Assembly: GCF_006345805.1 (NCBI RefSeq)
Contig: NC_043008.1
Location: forward strand, 58,776,001 to 58,840,000
DNA from: Octopus sinensis
Lineage: Eukaryota
Length of the DNA: 64,000 bases
Direction: 5' to 3'
This document shows positions 24,400-37,620 of the stretch, in pieces (position 1 is the stretch's first letter; each line of letters begins with the position of its first letter). A program made the translations under genes and the position numbers. The notes under the pieces were generated by a model that saw nothing but the letters and a program-made list of their open reading frames with translations, did no database searches and was not told where the DNA came from.

Positions 24400-25135
24400 T
24401 TTTCTCGCTCATAAGACATCTTTCGACGTAAATTGGCGTCCATCGGCATAAATATCTTGTTTAATGATAGACCAAAGATTTTCGATAGAGATGAGATCCG
24501 GAGATGCTAGCGGCTCCACCATCAATCTTTCACCTTGTATGCCGTAAGGCCCTAGGAATGTTTGGGTGGTCCTAGCAGAGTTAGAGAGAGTGTTGTCATG
24601 CATGAAAACAAGATTCCTTAGAAGTGACAGCAGTTTGTCGAGTCAGGGATCCCAGACCTTCTTCAGGAGATTGCAGTAGGCGGCTGCGATCACTTTAACC
24701 CCTTCAGGCACCCCGACTGGTCTAAGAATCTGTCTCCAATGATACTAGCCCACAACATCACTCCGCCACTCTGTTGTTGACATCGTACACGTTGATGACA
24801 CACATCTCCAAAAAAGACCAAACCATTTGCCCAACCACCAGTTTCGTCAAGCGCCGCCCTAGTTTTCGTCAGTGAACAGAATGCAAGTAATGTCTAAAGT
24901 TATGTACTTTTGAGCCAATTAAAGCCTCAAACACTTGTGAGGAGGCAGTGTCAAGGGTTCTCGCACGGAAGCCGTGGTCCCGAGGATGCGATTTCTTATG
25001 GTTTCGCTACACGAGGAAGTGCGGAGGTGGTGAAAATGGACTTGTTTTATTGTCTAGGCTTCCCACGTAACTTGACGCCAATATTCCTTAAATCCCTAGC
25101 TGTCACAATCGGATCGTTTCTTCCTTGGCGCTCAT
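24400..25135 (-). mobile_element. Tc1-type (DD34E-like) transposase relic
   Basis: Minus strand gives ILFTDE, then GGVMLWA, then MHDNTLSNSARTTQTFL...LMVEPLASPDLISIENLWSIIKQDIYADGRQF (SPDLNPIENLW motif). Confidence 0.9.
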
Positions 25136-25888
25136 ATAGCTAAATAATTCATTATGTCAATAAATGTCATGATATTATTTTTTTCTGTTAAATATATACT
25201 CAATGTATGATTTAGTATGTATCATTACCCTTCATTTTTCTGAAAAAAAAATGTCTAGATGGGCTATTTTTATTCCAATACGGCGAGCTGACAGAAACGT
25301 TAGCACGCTAGGTGAAATGCTTAGCGGTATTTCGTCTGTCTTTACGTTCTGAATTCAAACCCCACAAAGGTCGACTTTGCTTTCATCCTAGCGTGGTTCA
25401 TGCAAAAACTGAAGAATCTGAAATACAAATGATGTTACACAGAATAATGAAAGTATAGCAACAGTGTTGCAATAGTGTACAAACCAGCTGGGAAAAGGTT
25501 TTATCAAAATCGATTCACAGATAACCGGGAAATCCTAAATTTCACTTCTAAACTATTGGCGTGGTTTTGGGTGTATATACAGAGGCTACAGAATCAAGAA
25601 GGCCGACCGTAGCGATCCTATGGCTCGGGAATGTCCTTTCATAGTGTTTCATTTGTTACAATTGCTGATGTTTTACGTTATTTATTGTACTCGATAAAGA
25701 CAGCAAACCGGCATAATAGTTAAAGCAGCGGAAACAATGCTTTGCAGGAACTGCTTCGTCAAATTTACGTTCTGGATCCGGCCGTGATTAACTTTGCTTT
25801 CCTTTGCTCCACGGTGGATAAAATATGGTACCAGTCATATGCTGGGGCGATGGATTCGACTAACACCCCAACCTACAAATAACCTACC

Positions 25889-26123
25889 TAATTCTTTACT
25901 ACCCACAAGGGGCTAAACACAGAGAAGACAAACAAGGACAGCCAAACGGATTAAGTCGATTATATCGACTCCAGTGCGTAACTGGTACTTAATTTATCGA
26001 CCCCGAAAGGATAAAAGGCAAAGTCGACCTCGGCAGAATTTGTACTCAGAACGTAACGGCAGACGAAATACTGCTAAGCATTTCGCCCGGCGTGCTAACG
26101 ATTCTGCCAGCTCACCGCCTTGT
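25889..26123 (-). mobile_element. Full-length family-A SINE (tail A) with 18-bp TSD
   Basis: acctacaaataacctacc (25871-25888) and acctacgaataacctacc (26124-26141). Confidence 0.9.
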
Positions 26124-27249
26124 ACCTACGAATAACCTACCTTTTTACAAATCAGAAACCATTTACAATACTCGAAAATTAGAATACTCTTCTTGTTGCC
26201 TTTCTCTTCCCCTTTGTTATAATCTTCTGTTAAATCCATTCATTCAATATAATTTTGATTTTCTTTAAGAAAGTGTTTAGAATAATAAATAGTTGATTTA
26301 TGCAGAAACAGAAATCTTCCATTTTATGTGACTGTTGATGAATGAGAAATGTGTGAAGACCGTGAAGGCGAGATTTGCATACAGGCATCCACGAGGGGAA
26401 TTAATCTTAGATAGTGAATGCAGTTGCGAGGCGCCTCCATCCTTTATCATCTAACGTGAAATTTGTTTTTCAATCTCATTATATGTGGTGCATGGCGGAT
26501 TTGATTTGGCTTGAATTTAAAATTATGTTTTAAATGCAGCAAAGGATTTAAAACGATGCATTTATTGATTTAATATCTGAAATTACGTATTCAAATGAGG
26601 ATTTTTATATATTTGTCTAAACAAATACAGTTTTTGCAAAAAAGGGGAAAATAAATATAAATTTTTGCAAAAAATTTAAAATTAATTTTCTCGCCAAAAA
26701 AACAGTTTTGTTATTAAGTATAAAGCAGTGTTTAGCAGTGAAATAAAATCACTAAATTCATTGTGATTTATTTTATCATTATATTTATTAAAGATCACAT
26801 AACTTCTACTTACCAGGTTATTAAAATTTTCATGATTTTAGATAAAGAAAAAAGTATGGTAAAATAGTCGACCAACGCATCAAACCCAGTATCACAAAAG
26901 AAAAACAAAACTGTAGTCAATGGATTTCAGAGTTTCCCTTTTCAGAATTAAAATCACAGACGGCAATATTAAACTACGCATGATGTATGCAAATGAAAAC
27001 TAAATTAGAATTTGAGGAAACTCGTGATGGATTGCCATGCCAAAAATCAGTTAAGCACATTCATCAAATAAGATAAATTCGTGTTACGTGAAGAAGAGTG
27101 AATTCTGGGACTGGGATAGGACTACTCGAGAAATTCAATTGTGTAAGTTTATATTAACTATATTGATTATTTCTGAAAGATGCCGAATTCGGCGGCTTTG
27201 CTCAGAATTCTTTACATATAGATACATACAGTCACAGACAGAGACACAC

Positions 27250-27312
27250 ATACAGCCCCAAAACAGCCATAGCCCTAACCCTAACAGCCCCAAAATAGCC
27301 CTAACCCTAACA
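27250..27312. repeat. Short tandem units containing CCCTAA telomere-like hexamers
   Basis: cagccccaaaa...tagccctaaccctaa occurs twice. Confidence 0.7.
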
Positions 27313-27419
27313 ACACTAAGAGAGTTGACCAGACATACTTAAAAACAAGACACCTAGTTGTGAAATACTCAGCAACTCAGCATAGAAGTATCCGAAGACA
27401 GTAATATCGGTTTCAAATT

Positions 27420-27797
27420 TTGGCACAAGGCCAGAAACTTGGGGGAATTACATTGACTCCAGTGCCCAACCAATATTTATTATATCGAACCTGAAAGAAT
27501 AAAGAGTAAAGCTGACACTGAAGCATTTGGATTTAGAATGTATAAACGGAGGAAATGCAGCAAGCATTTTTCCCAGCTCACCTCCCTAAAGATGACAGTA
27601 ATTTCCTTTCTACTAAAGATACAAGGCCTGAAATTTTAGGGAATGTGACTAGTCGATCATATCTCATCCAATGCATGATTGGTACTTAGTTCATTGATCC
27701 CAAAAGTCAGAATTTGAACTCAGAACGTAAAGAGAGACGAAATGCCGCTAAGCACCTTGCCGGGTGCGATGACAATTCTGCCACCTCACCGCCTTAA
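27420..27797 (-). mobile_element. Two degenerate family-A SINEs
   Basis: ggcacaaggcc...gaatttgaactcagaacgtaaag...gaaatgccgctaagc modules in reverse orientation. Confidence 0.7.
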
Positions 27798-28679
27798 AGT
27801 TGACAGCATTATCGACATGAGCTGTAGCCTCTGTTGAACACGTGACAACTATCTCACATTTCGAAGGTTATGTATTTTCGAAAAACAAAAAAAAAAAATC
27901 TAGTAAATAAATGAGATATAGTGCAACAGAAAATATAGATTATGTGATATTTGTGTGGAAGATATCAGACATGCGATTAGCATGTGTCCAAATTGTTCAA
28001 CACGTTACTACCGCCATATGTGATACGACATTGTCTATAAAACATTTACATTGCATTTGGACAAAAAAGACTTCCATAAACATTAACACAAGCAATATTG
28101 TGTCTCAAAATTGTCACTGAAACTATATGCAAGGCCATTCGAAGAAGAGAAGGTCTGGAATAAATAGAGAGAATCCTCTGCTATTAAATACATATAGAAA
28201 TATCAACACCAAAAAGGTGTATTGTTGTGTGGGACTGACAAGAAAGATTATGTGCTCTTCTAAGCTCCGATGTCCTGCTGATGTGGATATATCTTTGGTT
28301 TTCAAAGAGGGAAAGGATAAGTGTAGATTTCGAACTCATCTGAAACCCCGACATAACTCGCAGGCTATTTAAGCTTGGATTCCAAAGTAACGCAATCAGT
28401 AATCTAATGCGCACTGTACAAATACAATCAGTAAGTGAAACAGTAAAAATTTGCAAGAGTTTATTCAAGGTTAAAATGTGACGTTGATTTCGTTATCTGC
28501 ATTTCATAGATGGAACTTTGTATATTGCTTGGAAATCAGTTTGTTCCTTAACGGAAGAAATTAGATAGATAAAACCATATAAATATACATAGATGCAAAC
28601 GAACACACACAGTAGAATTAAACATAAAAGTATTCATTAATTCATTAATAGTACATACATTTCATTTACAATGTTCGTA

Positions 28680-28713
28680 TACATATACATAAATATATTT
28701 ATATACGTACATA

Positions 28714-28744
<31 letters not shown>

Positions 28745-28893
28745 TATGCATATATATATGTATATACATATATATGCATATATATATGCATACATATATA
28801 TCCAAATATACATATATATATATATATTATACATATATATCCAAATATACATATATATACATATTATATACATACATATATATCCAAATATAC

Positions 28894-28925
<32 letters not shown>

Positions 28926-29228
28926 CCAATATACATATACATACTTATATATAAATACATATATATCCATATATACACACACATATATATACATATATAT
29001 CCATATATACACACACATATATATACATATATATACATATATATATACATATATATATGTATATATATATATATATTATATATATATATATTATATACAT
29101 ATATATATGTATATATATATACAAATATATACATATATATATACAAATATATATACATATATATATACAATATATATACATATATATATACAAATTATAT
29201 ACATATATATATACATATATATATATAC

Positions 29229-29286
<58 letters not shown>

Positions 29287-29305
29287 ATATATGCATACAT
29301 ATATG
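28680..29305. repeat. Compound (TA)/(TACA) microsatellite array
   Basis: Low-complexity array. Confidence 0.97.
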
Positions 29306-29307
29306 TG

Positions 29308-29665
29308 TATAATGCACCAATTCACACAGCTAAAGTTGTTACTGAACGGCACGAGGGACATTCTAGTGAAGTTGATCATCTTAACTGGTCACCACAGTTC
29401 CCAGATCTCAATAGTATCCAACATTTATGGTGCCTTTTAGAAAAAAAAGTAAGGAGTTGATAACCTCCACTATCATCACTACAAGAGGTGGAGACTGTTT
29501 TAGCTGAAGAATGGACAAAAATTCCTTTGGAAACAATTCAAACTGTGTTCGAGTCCATACCACGTAGAACTGAAGCTGTAATTACTGCCAAAGTCGGTCC
29601 TACCCATTATTTAATTAAATTTGTTTGAAATTTTAAGATGTTTCCATTATTTTGTCCAACTCCTA
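29308..29665 (+). mobile_element. 3' half of a Tc1 element with right TIR
   Basis: [11 protein letters not shown]...[26 protein letters not shown]...EEWTKIPLETIQTVFESIPRRTEAVITAKVGPTHY followed by gtttccattattttgtccaactcc-TA. Confidence 0.9.
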
Positions 29666-29674
29666 TATATATAT

Positions 29675-29975
29675 AACTTTGATAGGTTTCGGCTAGTATA
29701 ACGCCAGACCATGTCGAACTTAATAGCACCACCTGGTGAAGTCTTTTAGTCAATACATGGGGCACCAGGCACATTCTAGCAAAGAGGCGGGTGTAGGCGG
29801 ATTGGTCCAGGATTTTTTGAAGAAATTTATCCAGTGAACATTTGAATTTTAAGGGATCCGTTTCCGCTTTGATGTATTTTGCTATGGCATTAAAGAGAGC
29901 TGGACCGGTTGAGGTAAAGTAATTGTGACGTAATGTTGCAATGTGTGGCGAGTCCGATATTTCTAGTGGGTGAAT
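29675..29975 (-). mobile_element. LINE 3'-end fragment (ORF2 C-terminus and 3' UTR)
   Basis: TLRHNYFTSTGPALFNAIAKYIKAETDPLKFKCSLDKFLQKILDQ resembles the C-terminal ..G..LFN.LP..I......FK..LD.FL motif of non-LTR ORF2. Confidence 0.7.
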
Positions 29976-29984
29976 ACAACGATG

Positions 29985-30071
29985 CATACATATTTATACA
30001 TGCATAGATATATACATTTATATATGCATATATATATATATACATACATACATATAATATCCATATATATA

Positions 30072-30111
<40 letters not shown>

Positions 30112-30290
30112 GCATACATACTATAAATATCCATATATATATATATATGCATACATACATACATTATATATATACATATATGCATACATAGTACATATGT
30201 ATACACACTCACACACACACTCATATATATATATATATATATATACACCCATATACTCCCCCCCATATATATATATATATATATATATAC
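29985..30290. repeat. (TA)/(CA) microsatellite array
   Basis: Low-complexity array. Confidence 0.95.
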
Positions 30291-31409
30291 CTGACCTCGA
30301 ACCCCCAACTCACCGATGGACTCGTAGAGGTCGGATACTTTATTCATCTATCTCAAAAGTATACAACTTAATGTTGACTTCGACGAGATTTGTAACCAGA
30401 TCGCAGTGGAGCCTGGACGATTTCTGCAAAGAAAACCTTCCAACACTCTATCAACTCTGCGCATTCATAACCTCTCTCTCCTTCTCTCTGTCTGTCTGTA
30501 TGTCTCTATCTCTCACTCTCTATCTGTTTGTCTGTCCCTCTCTCTATCTCTCTATCTCTGTCCGTGTGTCTCTTTCTCTCTCACACGCACACACACACAC
30601 ACGCACGCAAGCCTATTTATACAAGTTAGCTGCTTCAGTAATATATTTTCGCTGTCATCCAACACACTAGCGAGCAAACACATTTGGCATTTGTCAGTTT
30701 ATATAATGTATTTTCTTTACATCTAATATGGATTGCTTAGCTTCATTTTTCTTCCATTTTATTATTTTTTTCTTATCGAATTTGCAATATGCGTAAATAG
30801 TTTTGAAACTGACTGCAAATCTAAATCTCTTTACATTTCCATATTGTTCATTGATTTTTATGTTATTAAAAAAAAAAACTAAAAACTATATTATGATTTC
30901 ATGCATGCAGGTGATTACAGAATGTAGATAAAATCTTATCGATTGAATAATATTTATTTTTGAAACCCATTTTTTTTGTCTCTACTGGGACAGCGTGAGT
31001 AGTGCAGTAGAATTTTGGACCTAATAGTTCTGCTTAAATCCCATCCAGATCGAAATAGATATATTTTTTTCTATTGTTATTTTCTACCTGGTTTGTTGGA
31101 TATCTCGTAGCTGTGGATATTTGTATAGCATGTTATATTGTCTTTGTCATTCGTTCTCCATCTCTATTCTGCTTTGCTTTAAGCATTTGTACACATCTCA
31201 TTTCGCATCATATGCGTACTTCAAACATTTTTCTATTAGACGAACACGTCAAGTTTCTTTAAAGTGTCTAAAGAATCTACACTGTTTTAAAGAATTTTAA
31301 GTTTTAATCCATTTATTTCTCATGTTTTTGGTGTAGTTTATCTTCCTCCATTTCTTCTCATACAAAATATTTCCATCATTACATTAATATGACTTTTCAT
31401 TTAAAGGAA

Positions 31410-32490
31410 GTGAACTGGCAGAATCGTTAGCTCGCCGGGCAAAATGATTAGCGGCATTTCGTCTGTCTTTGCGTTCTGATATCAAATTATGCCCAGGACA
31501 ACCTTATCTTCTATCCCTTTTTAGGCTCGGTAGAATATGTAGCAGTTGAGTACTGGGGTAGATGTCATCAACTTATCCTCTTCTCCGAAATTCCCGGCTT
31601 TGTGCCAAAATTTGAATTCAGTGTTACTTCTTTTAAAGCGGCAAGCCGGCAGAATCCTTAACAGACCGGATAAAATGCTTAGCGGCTTTTCTTCCCTCTT
31701 TACGCTCAGAGTTCAAATCCGACGAGATCGACGTTACCTTTCATCAATTTCGGGGTAGATAAAATAAACACCAGTTGAGAACTAAGGCAGATGTAGGCGA
31801 CGTATCCCATCCCCCGAATTTGCCGGCTTGGAGTCAAAATTTGAACCGATATTATTTCTTCTACAAAGGCGGCCAGAAATAAGAAACGTTAGCACGCCGG
31901 GCGAAATGCGTAGCGGTATTTCGTCTGCCGTTACGTTCTGAGTTCAAATTCCGCTGATGTCGACTTTGCCTTTCATCCTTTCGGGGGTCGATTAAATAAG
32001 TACCCGTTACGCACTGGGGTCGATATAATCGACTCAATCCTTTTGTCTGTCCTTGTTTGTCCCCTCTATGTTTAGCCCCTTGTGGGCAGTAAAGAAATAA
32101 GAAACGGTAGCACGCTGGGCAAAAAGCTTAGCGGTATTTCGTTTGCTGCTACGTTCTGAGTTCAAATTCCGCCAATGTCGACTTTGCCTTTCATTCTTTC
32201 GGGGTCGATTAAATAAGTACCAGTTACGCACTGGGGTCGATGTAATCGACTTAATCCCTTTGTCTGTCCTTGCTTGTCCTCTCTGTGTTTAGCCCCTTGT
32301 GGGTAGTAAAGAAATAGGTATTTCGTCTGCTGTTACCTTCTGAGTTCAAATTTCGCCGAGGTCGACTTTGCCTTTCATCCTTTCGGGGCCGAAAAATTAA
32401 CTGCCAGTTGGATACTGGGGTTGATCTAATCGACTGGCTCCCTCCCCTAAAATTTCGGGCTTTGTGCCTAGAGTAGAAAAGTAGAAAAGA
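31410..32490 (+). mobile_element. Head-to-tail array of about five family-A SINE monomers
   Basis: Successive modules; junctions aaagaaata|agaaacggtagcacg (~32100) and aaagaaata|ggtatttcgtctg (32316). Confidence 0.9.
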
Positions 32491-32944
32491 TTATTTCTTC
32501 TACTAAATTTTGCGTATTTCTCTATAGAAGGTCTTTCATATATTCTATTTGCTGCTTTGATCCATAGCTAATGGCGTTTCTTGTAGCACACCGTTTATTT
32601 CACCTTGCAACTTTCTTGGCCTGTCTATCTTGTCAGTTTAATTTAAAAGGAAGATATTTGTATTTAGAGGAATGCATTGAAACGAGCTATATCATACTGA
32701 ATTTTGAAATTCTTTCAGGGTGACAGTACAGATAAAAATTATATGAGAACTATCGAAGCGTTAATATATGATTTTTTAATGCATTTGAGTTAGTTTTATC
32801 CATAAGAACTAACGCTCTGCTTTAGCACCGACTCCAAATGTGTTAATAATTTACGAAACGGCGAGCTGGCAGATTTATAAGCTAGACGGGTAAAAAACAT
32901 AGGAGCATTTCGTCAATCTTCACACACACACACACACACGCACG

Positions 32945-32976
<32 letters not shown>

Positions 32977-33104
32977 ATATGTCAATATATATATATATTA
33001 CACATTAAGATAGGGGTTGTGAGTGTAACCCTCTATGGGATAACATCTGGTAGTTGATCATTGATTAAGTATATTCCTCCATTTTCTTATTTTGTATACA
33101 TATA

Positions 33105-33151
<47 letters not shown>

Positions 33152-33249
33152 AATATACATATATATACATATATATATAATACACATATATATACATATA
33201 TGTATAAATATGTGTATATGTATATATAGGAAACAATATAAAAGTGAAA

Positions 33250-33452
33250 CTATTTATAACTGTTACTCCGTCGAAGGTTTGACTTTTATATTTCGAATTT
33301 TGAGACGCAATACGGAGCCAGTGCCAATGTTGCATTATTTTAATCCAAAAGATTTACATGTTGACAGTCCTGGGGTCTCATAATTTTGCCATGTAAAATT
33401 TCATTTGATTTGGTTGAGCAGTTTGAGAATCCATCGGGAACAGAAATACAAA

Positions 33453-33490
<38 letters not shown>
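33250..33490. mobile_element. Possible non-autonomous Helitron-like fragment
   Basis: aaatttcatttgatttggttgagcagtttgagaatccatcgggaacagaaatacaaagg(ta)n 3' architecture; assignment from recall only. Confidence 0.3.
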
Positions 33491-33491
<1 letters not shown>

Positions 33492-33529
33492 AAAGAGAGA
33501 TTATATTTCGTCGCTTAGAAGTTAAACGT

Positions 33530-34070
33530 CTTTTTTTTATTCTTTAGCTGTACCATTTTCAGAATCTCTTACTGAAAAAGGCACTGAAATGTTTTCGGTT
33601 TGACAATTTGGATAAATAGAATGTTATGTAGACCTCTTGGTTGTTTTCTTAATACATTTTGCTTAGGTTTAGTCAACATTGGTACATTATTTTTCCTAGT
33701 TTAGAAGTTAGATGCCTTGTCTTTGCTGTACCATTTGCAGGATCACTTGTTGAAAAAAGCACTGAAATGTTTTCCCTATCACAATTTAGGTAAATAATAT
33801 ATTACTTTCTTCTCTTGGTTATTTTCTAAATGCTTTTTACTTAGTTTCGGGTAACGTTTGTACAAGATATTACTTCTCTTGGAATTTAAACGTTTTATAT
33901 TTGCATTAACATTTTCAGAATCTCTTGCCGAAAAATAAAAGGCTCGGACATTATATGTTTGATGAATTAGGTAAATAGAAAGAATAGTTATTTCTCTTAC
34001 TTGTTTTTTAATACATTTTATTTAGCTTCAGTTAAGTTCTGAATATTCACAGTAAAAGTTAAAGCTAAGT
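33530..34070. repeat. Degenerate 178-bp tandem repeat (three units)
   Basis: cattt(t/g)cag anchors at 33554, 33732 and 33910, exactly 178 apart, each followed by tc.ctt..tgaaaaa and later a g(t/a)taaat motif. Confidence 0.8.
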
Positions 34071-34218
34071 GTTCCTATCTATAGAGACTATCAATAACGT
34101 TTGCATTTCTTCATCGCTTTCAAAAAATGTTCATTTCTTGCAATTACATTTAGTAATTCTGAGTATTTTCCCACAAATTCTACTAAATATACGTTCAGTT
34201 TATTTAAATGAATTACTC

Positions 34219-34426
34219 TTTTACTTGTTTCAGTCATTTCACTGCGGCCATGCTGGAGCACCGCCTTTTAGTCGAGCAACTCGACCCCGGGACTTATTCT
34301 TTTTGTAAGCCTAGTACTTATTCTATCGGTCTTTTTTGCCGAACCGCTAAGTAACGGGGACATAAACACACTAGCATCGGTTGTCAAGCGATGTTGGGGG
34401 GGGACAAATACAGACACACAAACAAG

Positions 34427-34475
<49 letters not shown>

Positions 34476-34626
34476 GACAGGCTTCTTTCAGTTTCCACTC
34501 ACAAGGCATTGGTCGGCCCGGGGCTATAGCAGAGGACACTTGCCCAAGATGCCACGCAGTGGGACTGAACCCGGAACCATGTGGTCGGTTAGCAAGCTAC
34601 TTACCACACAGCCACTCCTGCGCCAT
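34219..34626 (-). mobile_element. Full-length family-B SINE
   Basis: Complete head (gcgcaggagtggctgtgtggtaag on minus), internal (TA)n and tail ggtgctccagcatggccgcagt. Confidence 0.9.
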
Positions 34627-35419
34627 TATATCAAGTTCGTACTAAACTCTACGTCTTTTTATATATCTCCACCTCTATCTAACCTAGCTCAATACATTCG
34701 GCTTGATAGTTTCCGTATGTTACCGACACACACAACACTATTTCTCATGTTTTCTATTCTTGGATTTCAGTTAATTTCACTATTTTAGAACCTCATCCAA
34801 GACTTTCGGTCTAACGTTATGCTCAATAGTTCAAATTCTTCCGCGTTAGCCAGCCAACATAATTTACCATTTAATGTACCACACTTTCTAGGGTCTCCTT
34901 TCTCCACACAGTTCTTTCTTCAGTTCCGCCCCACCATTACTGTTTAATTACACTGGTCAACATGCTTTCTAGCACAAGGTTTATCAATAATTTTTAGTTA
35001 ATTTTGAGCTGCTGAATCCAAATTTGGCATGAAGTGTTGCCTTTCACATCTGATTTTTGAGATATAAATTAAATTTAAATGTTGAAGTGAATCTAACGGT
35101 TTATGTGTGTTTCTTAAATGGCTTATAAACACCTTCCACGCTGCAATTGTTTTCGTTCCAGCACACGATCTCAGATCAGGTCACTTGCTCTGCAGGTATA
35201 TCTCCGTAAAAATCTTTTAGTATATTCAAGAACCAGCTATTTAATGCTCATAAAGGAAGAATTAAACATACGTAGATGCAATTTTCAAAAGACAATATGC
35301 CTTTTTGCATAGACAAACTTGTGGGAGTAAATGAACATTAGCAAGTAAGAATTAAACTTGGTGATAACCAAATATGAATACAAAATCTCTATTCATTGTG
35401 ATCATTCATTCCGATCGTT

Positions 35420-35665
35420 TTATTACTACAAGATCTTTCACTTTTTGGATGATCTCTAGTGCGCAGATTCTGAAATGTCTCTTATTAAGCTCCAGCAGTA
35501 ATAGTAATCTGCCATCATATTTGAATCTTATCGGCCTTGGTAGCGTTCTTCCATCATTTTTAAGTCTTGTTGAAAGTGTTCACCTTGTTCTTCGTTAACG
35601 TTATTCAGGTTCTTTGGAAATTCACCTAAGTGACTGTGTAAGTAGTGTAATTTAATGTTCATTCT
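35420..35665 (-). mobile_element. C-terminal relic of a widespread, poorly classified metazoan DNA-transposon-associated ORF
   Basis: MNIKLHYLHSHLGEFPKNLNNVNEEQGEHFQQDLKMMEERYQGR*DSNMMADY..CWSL matches the recalled motif KLH.LHSHLD.FPENLG.VSEEQGERFHQD...E.RYQGRW...MMADYCW. Confidence 0.75.
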
Positions 35666-35944
35666 TCTTTGTAAATGAACAATCTGCTGTATATATTTTA
35701 ATGTTGTACCTGTGTATAATGTGCGTTTCTCTGCCCTAGATGACAGGAATGTACTTGGCAAGATATGGAAAAAAAATTGAAAGATGGCAATGAAAATAAC
35801 AATCCCTATGGTAGAAATTTGTGGGTAGGAGACTAGTTGATTGCATTGACCCCTGTGTGCCGATCCAAATCTGTAAAAGGCAATATCGATCTCGGCGGAT
35901 TTTGAACTCAGAACTTAAGAAATAAGGAGTTGATATACTTTATA

Positions 35945-35987
<43 letters not shown>

Positions 35988-36744
35988 CATTTACTCATAA
36001 TCTTATGTAATTTGTATACGATAAGAATCTCATTTTAGTGTATGAAGAAAATGCTAAGGTAAAAAGAAACGGTTGTTAGTGAGATAAACTATTATGAAAT
36101 ACTTTAAACTGAAATTAGTGGTTTGAAATTGTATTTATTGATCTGTCAATAATTTTATTGATTTTTTATTCAAACAATAAATTTTTTTTATCCAAAATTT
36201 TCGTTTCATCTCCTATATCTTTTCTTTTCCTCCATTTTTCTCAATGTTTTCCTCAAGATGAAAACCTGCTGCAATAATTAAGCTATAATTCATTCATGGC
36301 AATTAAAATAAATTTCATCCATGGAATCAATAAAACTATACCAAGATACTATCGAAATTAATTAATTATTCTGCAATTATATAATAATCATTCTGACTCT
36401 TATGCCATTACAACGAACTGTATTTATGATTTTTTTTTAATATTTCAAAGTATATGTTACGCTTCATTGAACCTTTCGAAAATTGCTTAGAACATCAATA
36501 AACCTCGTATCTACCCCAAATCAGCTACGATAAATATGATTTCCACTCCTTAGATGTTTCTTCTTCTTCTACTACTACTACTACTACTACCACCACTACC
36601 ACTATAATTATTGCAGTAATAATACTGATGGGTATATTCGGTTTCGTATATTTGTAACCCTGCGTCACTTTGATGTCATCTGCTGCTCTCTCACACAATA
36701 ATAATATTGCAATTAATAATAGTGATTACATATCTTGGCACAAT

Positions 36745-36903
36745 ACCAGCAATTTCAGTTTCCGTCTACGAAATCTACTCACAAGGCTTTGGTCGGCCTG
36801 AGGCTATATTAGAAGACACTTGCTCAAGGTGCCATGCAGTAGGACTGAACCCGGAACCATGTGGTTGGTAAGCAAGTTACTTACCACACAGCCATTCTGC
36901 GTC
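36745..36903 (-). mobile_element. Family-B SINE 5' half
   Basis: ggactgaacccggaaccatgtggttggtaagcaagttacttaccacacagcc. Confidence 0.85.
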
Positions 36904-36965
36904 CAAAACATGTATTAAAGTTCAGTTCAAAAGATACAATATCTGAAAATAAATTTTGCTCCAGG

Positions 36966-37620
36966 TATATATGAATCTGGCCAGCGTCAAAAAAGAAACT
37001 TCCGCTGTTAGTTTCAATTCAAGCGAATTGATTTCCTTAATACATGTTCTTGTTACCAATTGATATTTCATCAATATCATACCAGCAACACTAATTTTAT
37101 GCCATTTGACATAACAATCCTGTTCTTTGCCTCAAGAAGGAATGCCATGTAACACCGATAAATTTTGCAATGATTGTTCAAGTACCAAATAACACACAAG
37201 CAATAACACTTTTACTGAATCGATAGTGTCATGTGAAACAGTTCCGATATTTTGTCATGTTCTCTGAAATGGTGCCATAGGTGATGGCTACCATGGATAT
37301 ATCTACCGGAAAACACACAGGACGACATAAGAATATTAGAAGTCAGCATTATATTATTGAGATTGCCTTCTCCACCAGAAACCCCCTTTTAATGGAAACC
37401 AGGTATGAAATATGCTAAGTCTGCATTGCCAAGCATAGAATAATCGGTATTTTCATTCTGTCACATGAGGAAAAACTTCCTGATGTTATATCTTCAGAAC
37501 CACATTCAACAAACACCTGTACAAGAGAATTTTGTCTATTACCCTATGTAACATCACGCTCTTTCCCAATTTCATTGATTTGAGGAAAAGGATATGTAGA
37601 TCTCCGAGGTACAGTCAAGA
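36966..37620 (-). mobile_element. Decayed coding-like repeat, possibly a piggyBac-type transposase relic (copy 1)
   Basis: About 500 bp shared with 40642-41136; long minus-strand frames with few stops; a KWGIKL-like motif appears only after allowing a 1-nt frameshift. Confidence 0.35.

Noticed and set aside
27911-28468. Cluster of overlapping ORFs on both strands
   Set aside because: No frame fits both acceptor and donor signals, and no recognisable motif
32034-32231. ORFs such as MRNWYLFNRPRKNERQSR (also 50741-50950 and 28127-type short ORFs)
   Set aside because: Antisense translations of SINE bodies or random short frames
31410-32490. Regularly repeated units that could be mistaken for a CRISPR array or tRNA cluster
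   Set aside because: Units are 200+ bp SINE monomers with no unique spacers, no cas genes and a eukaryotic context
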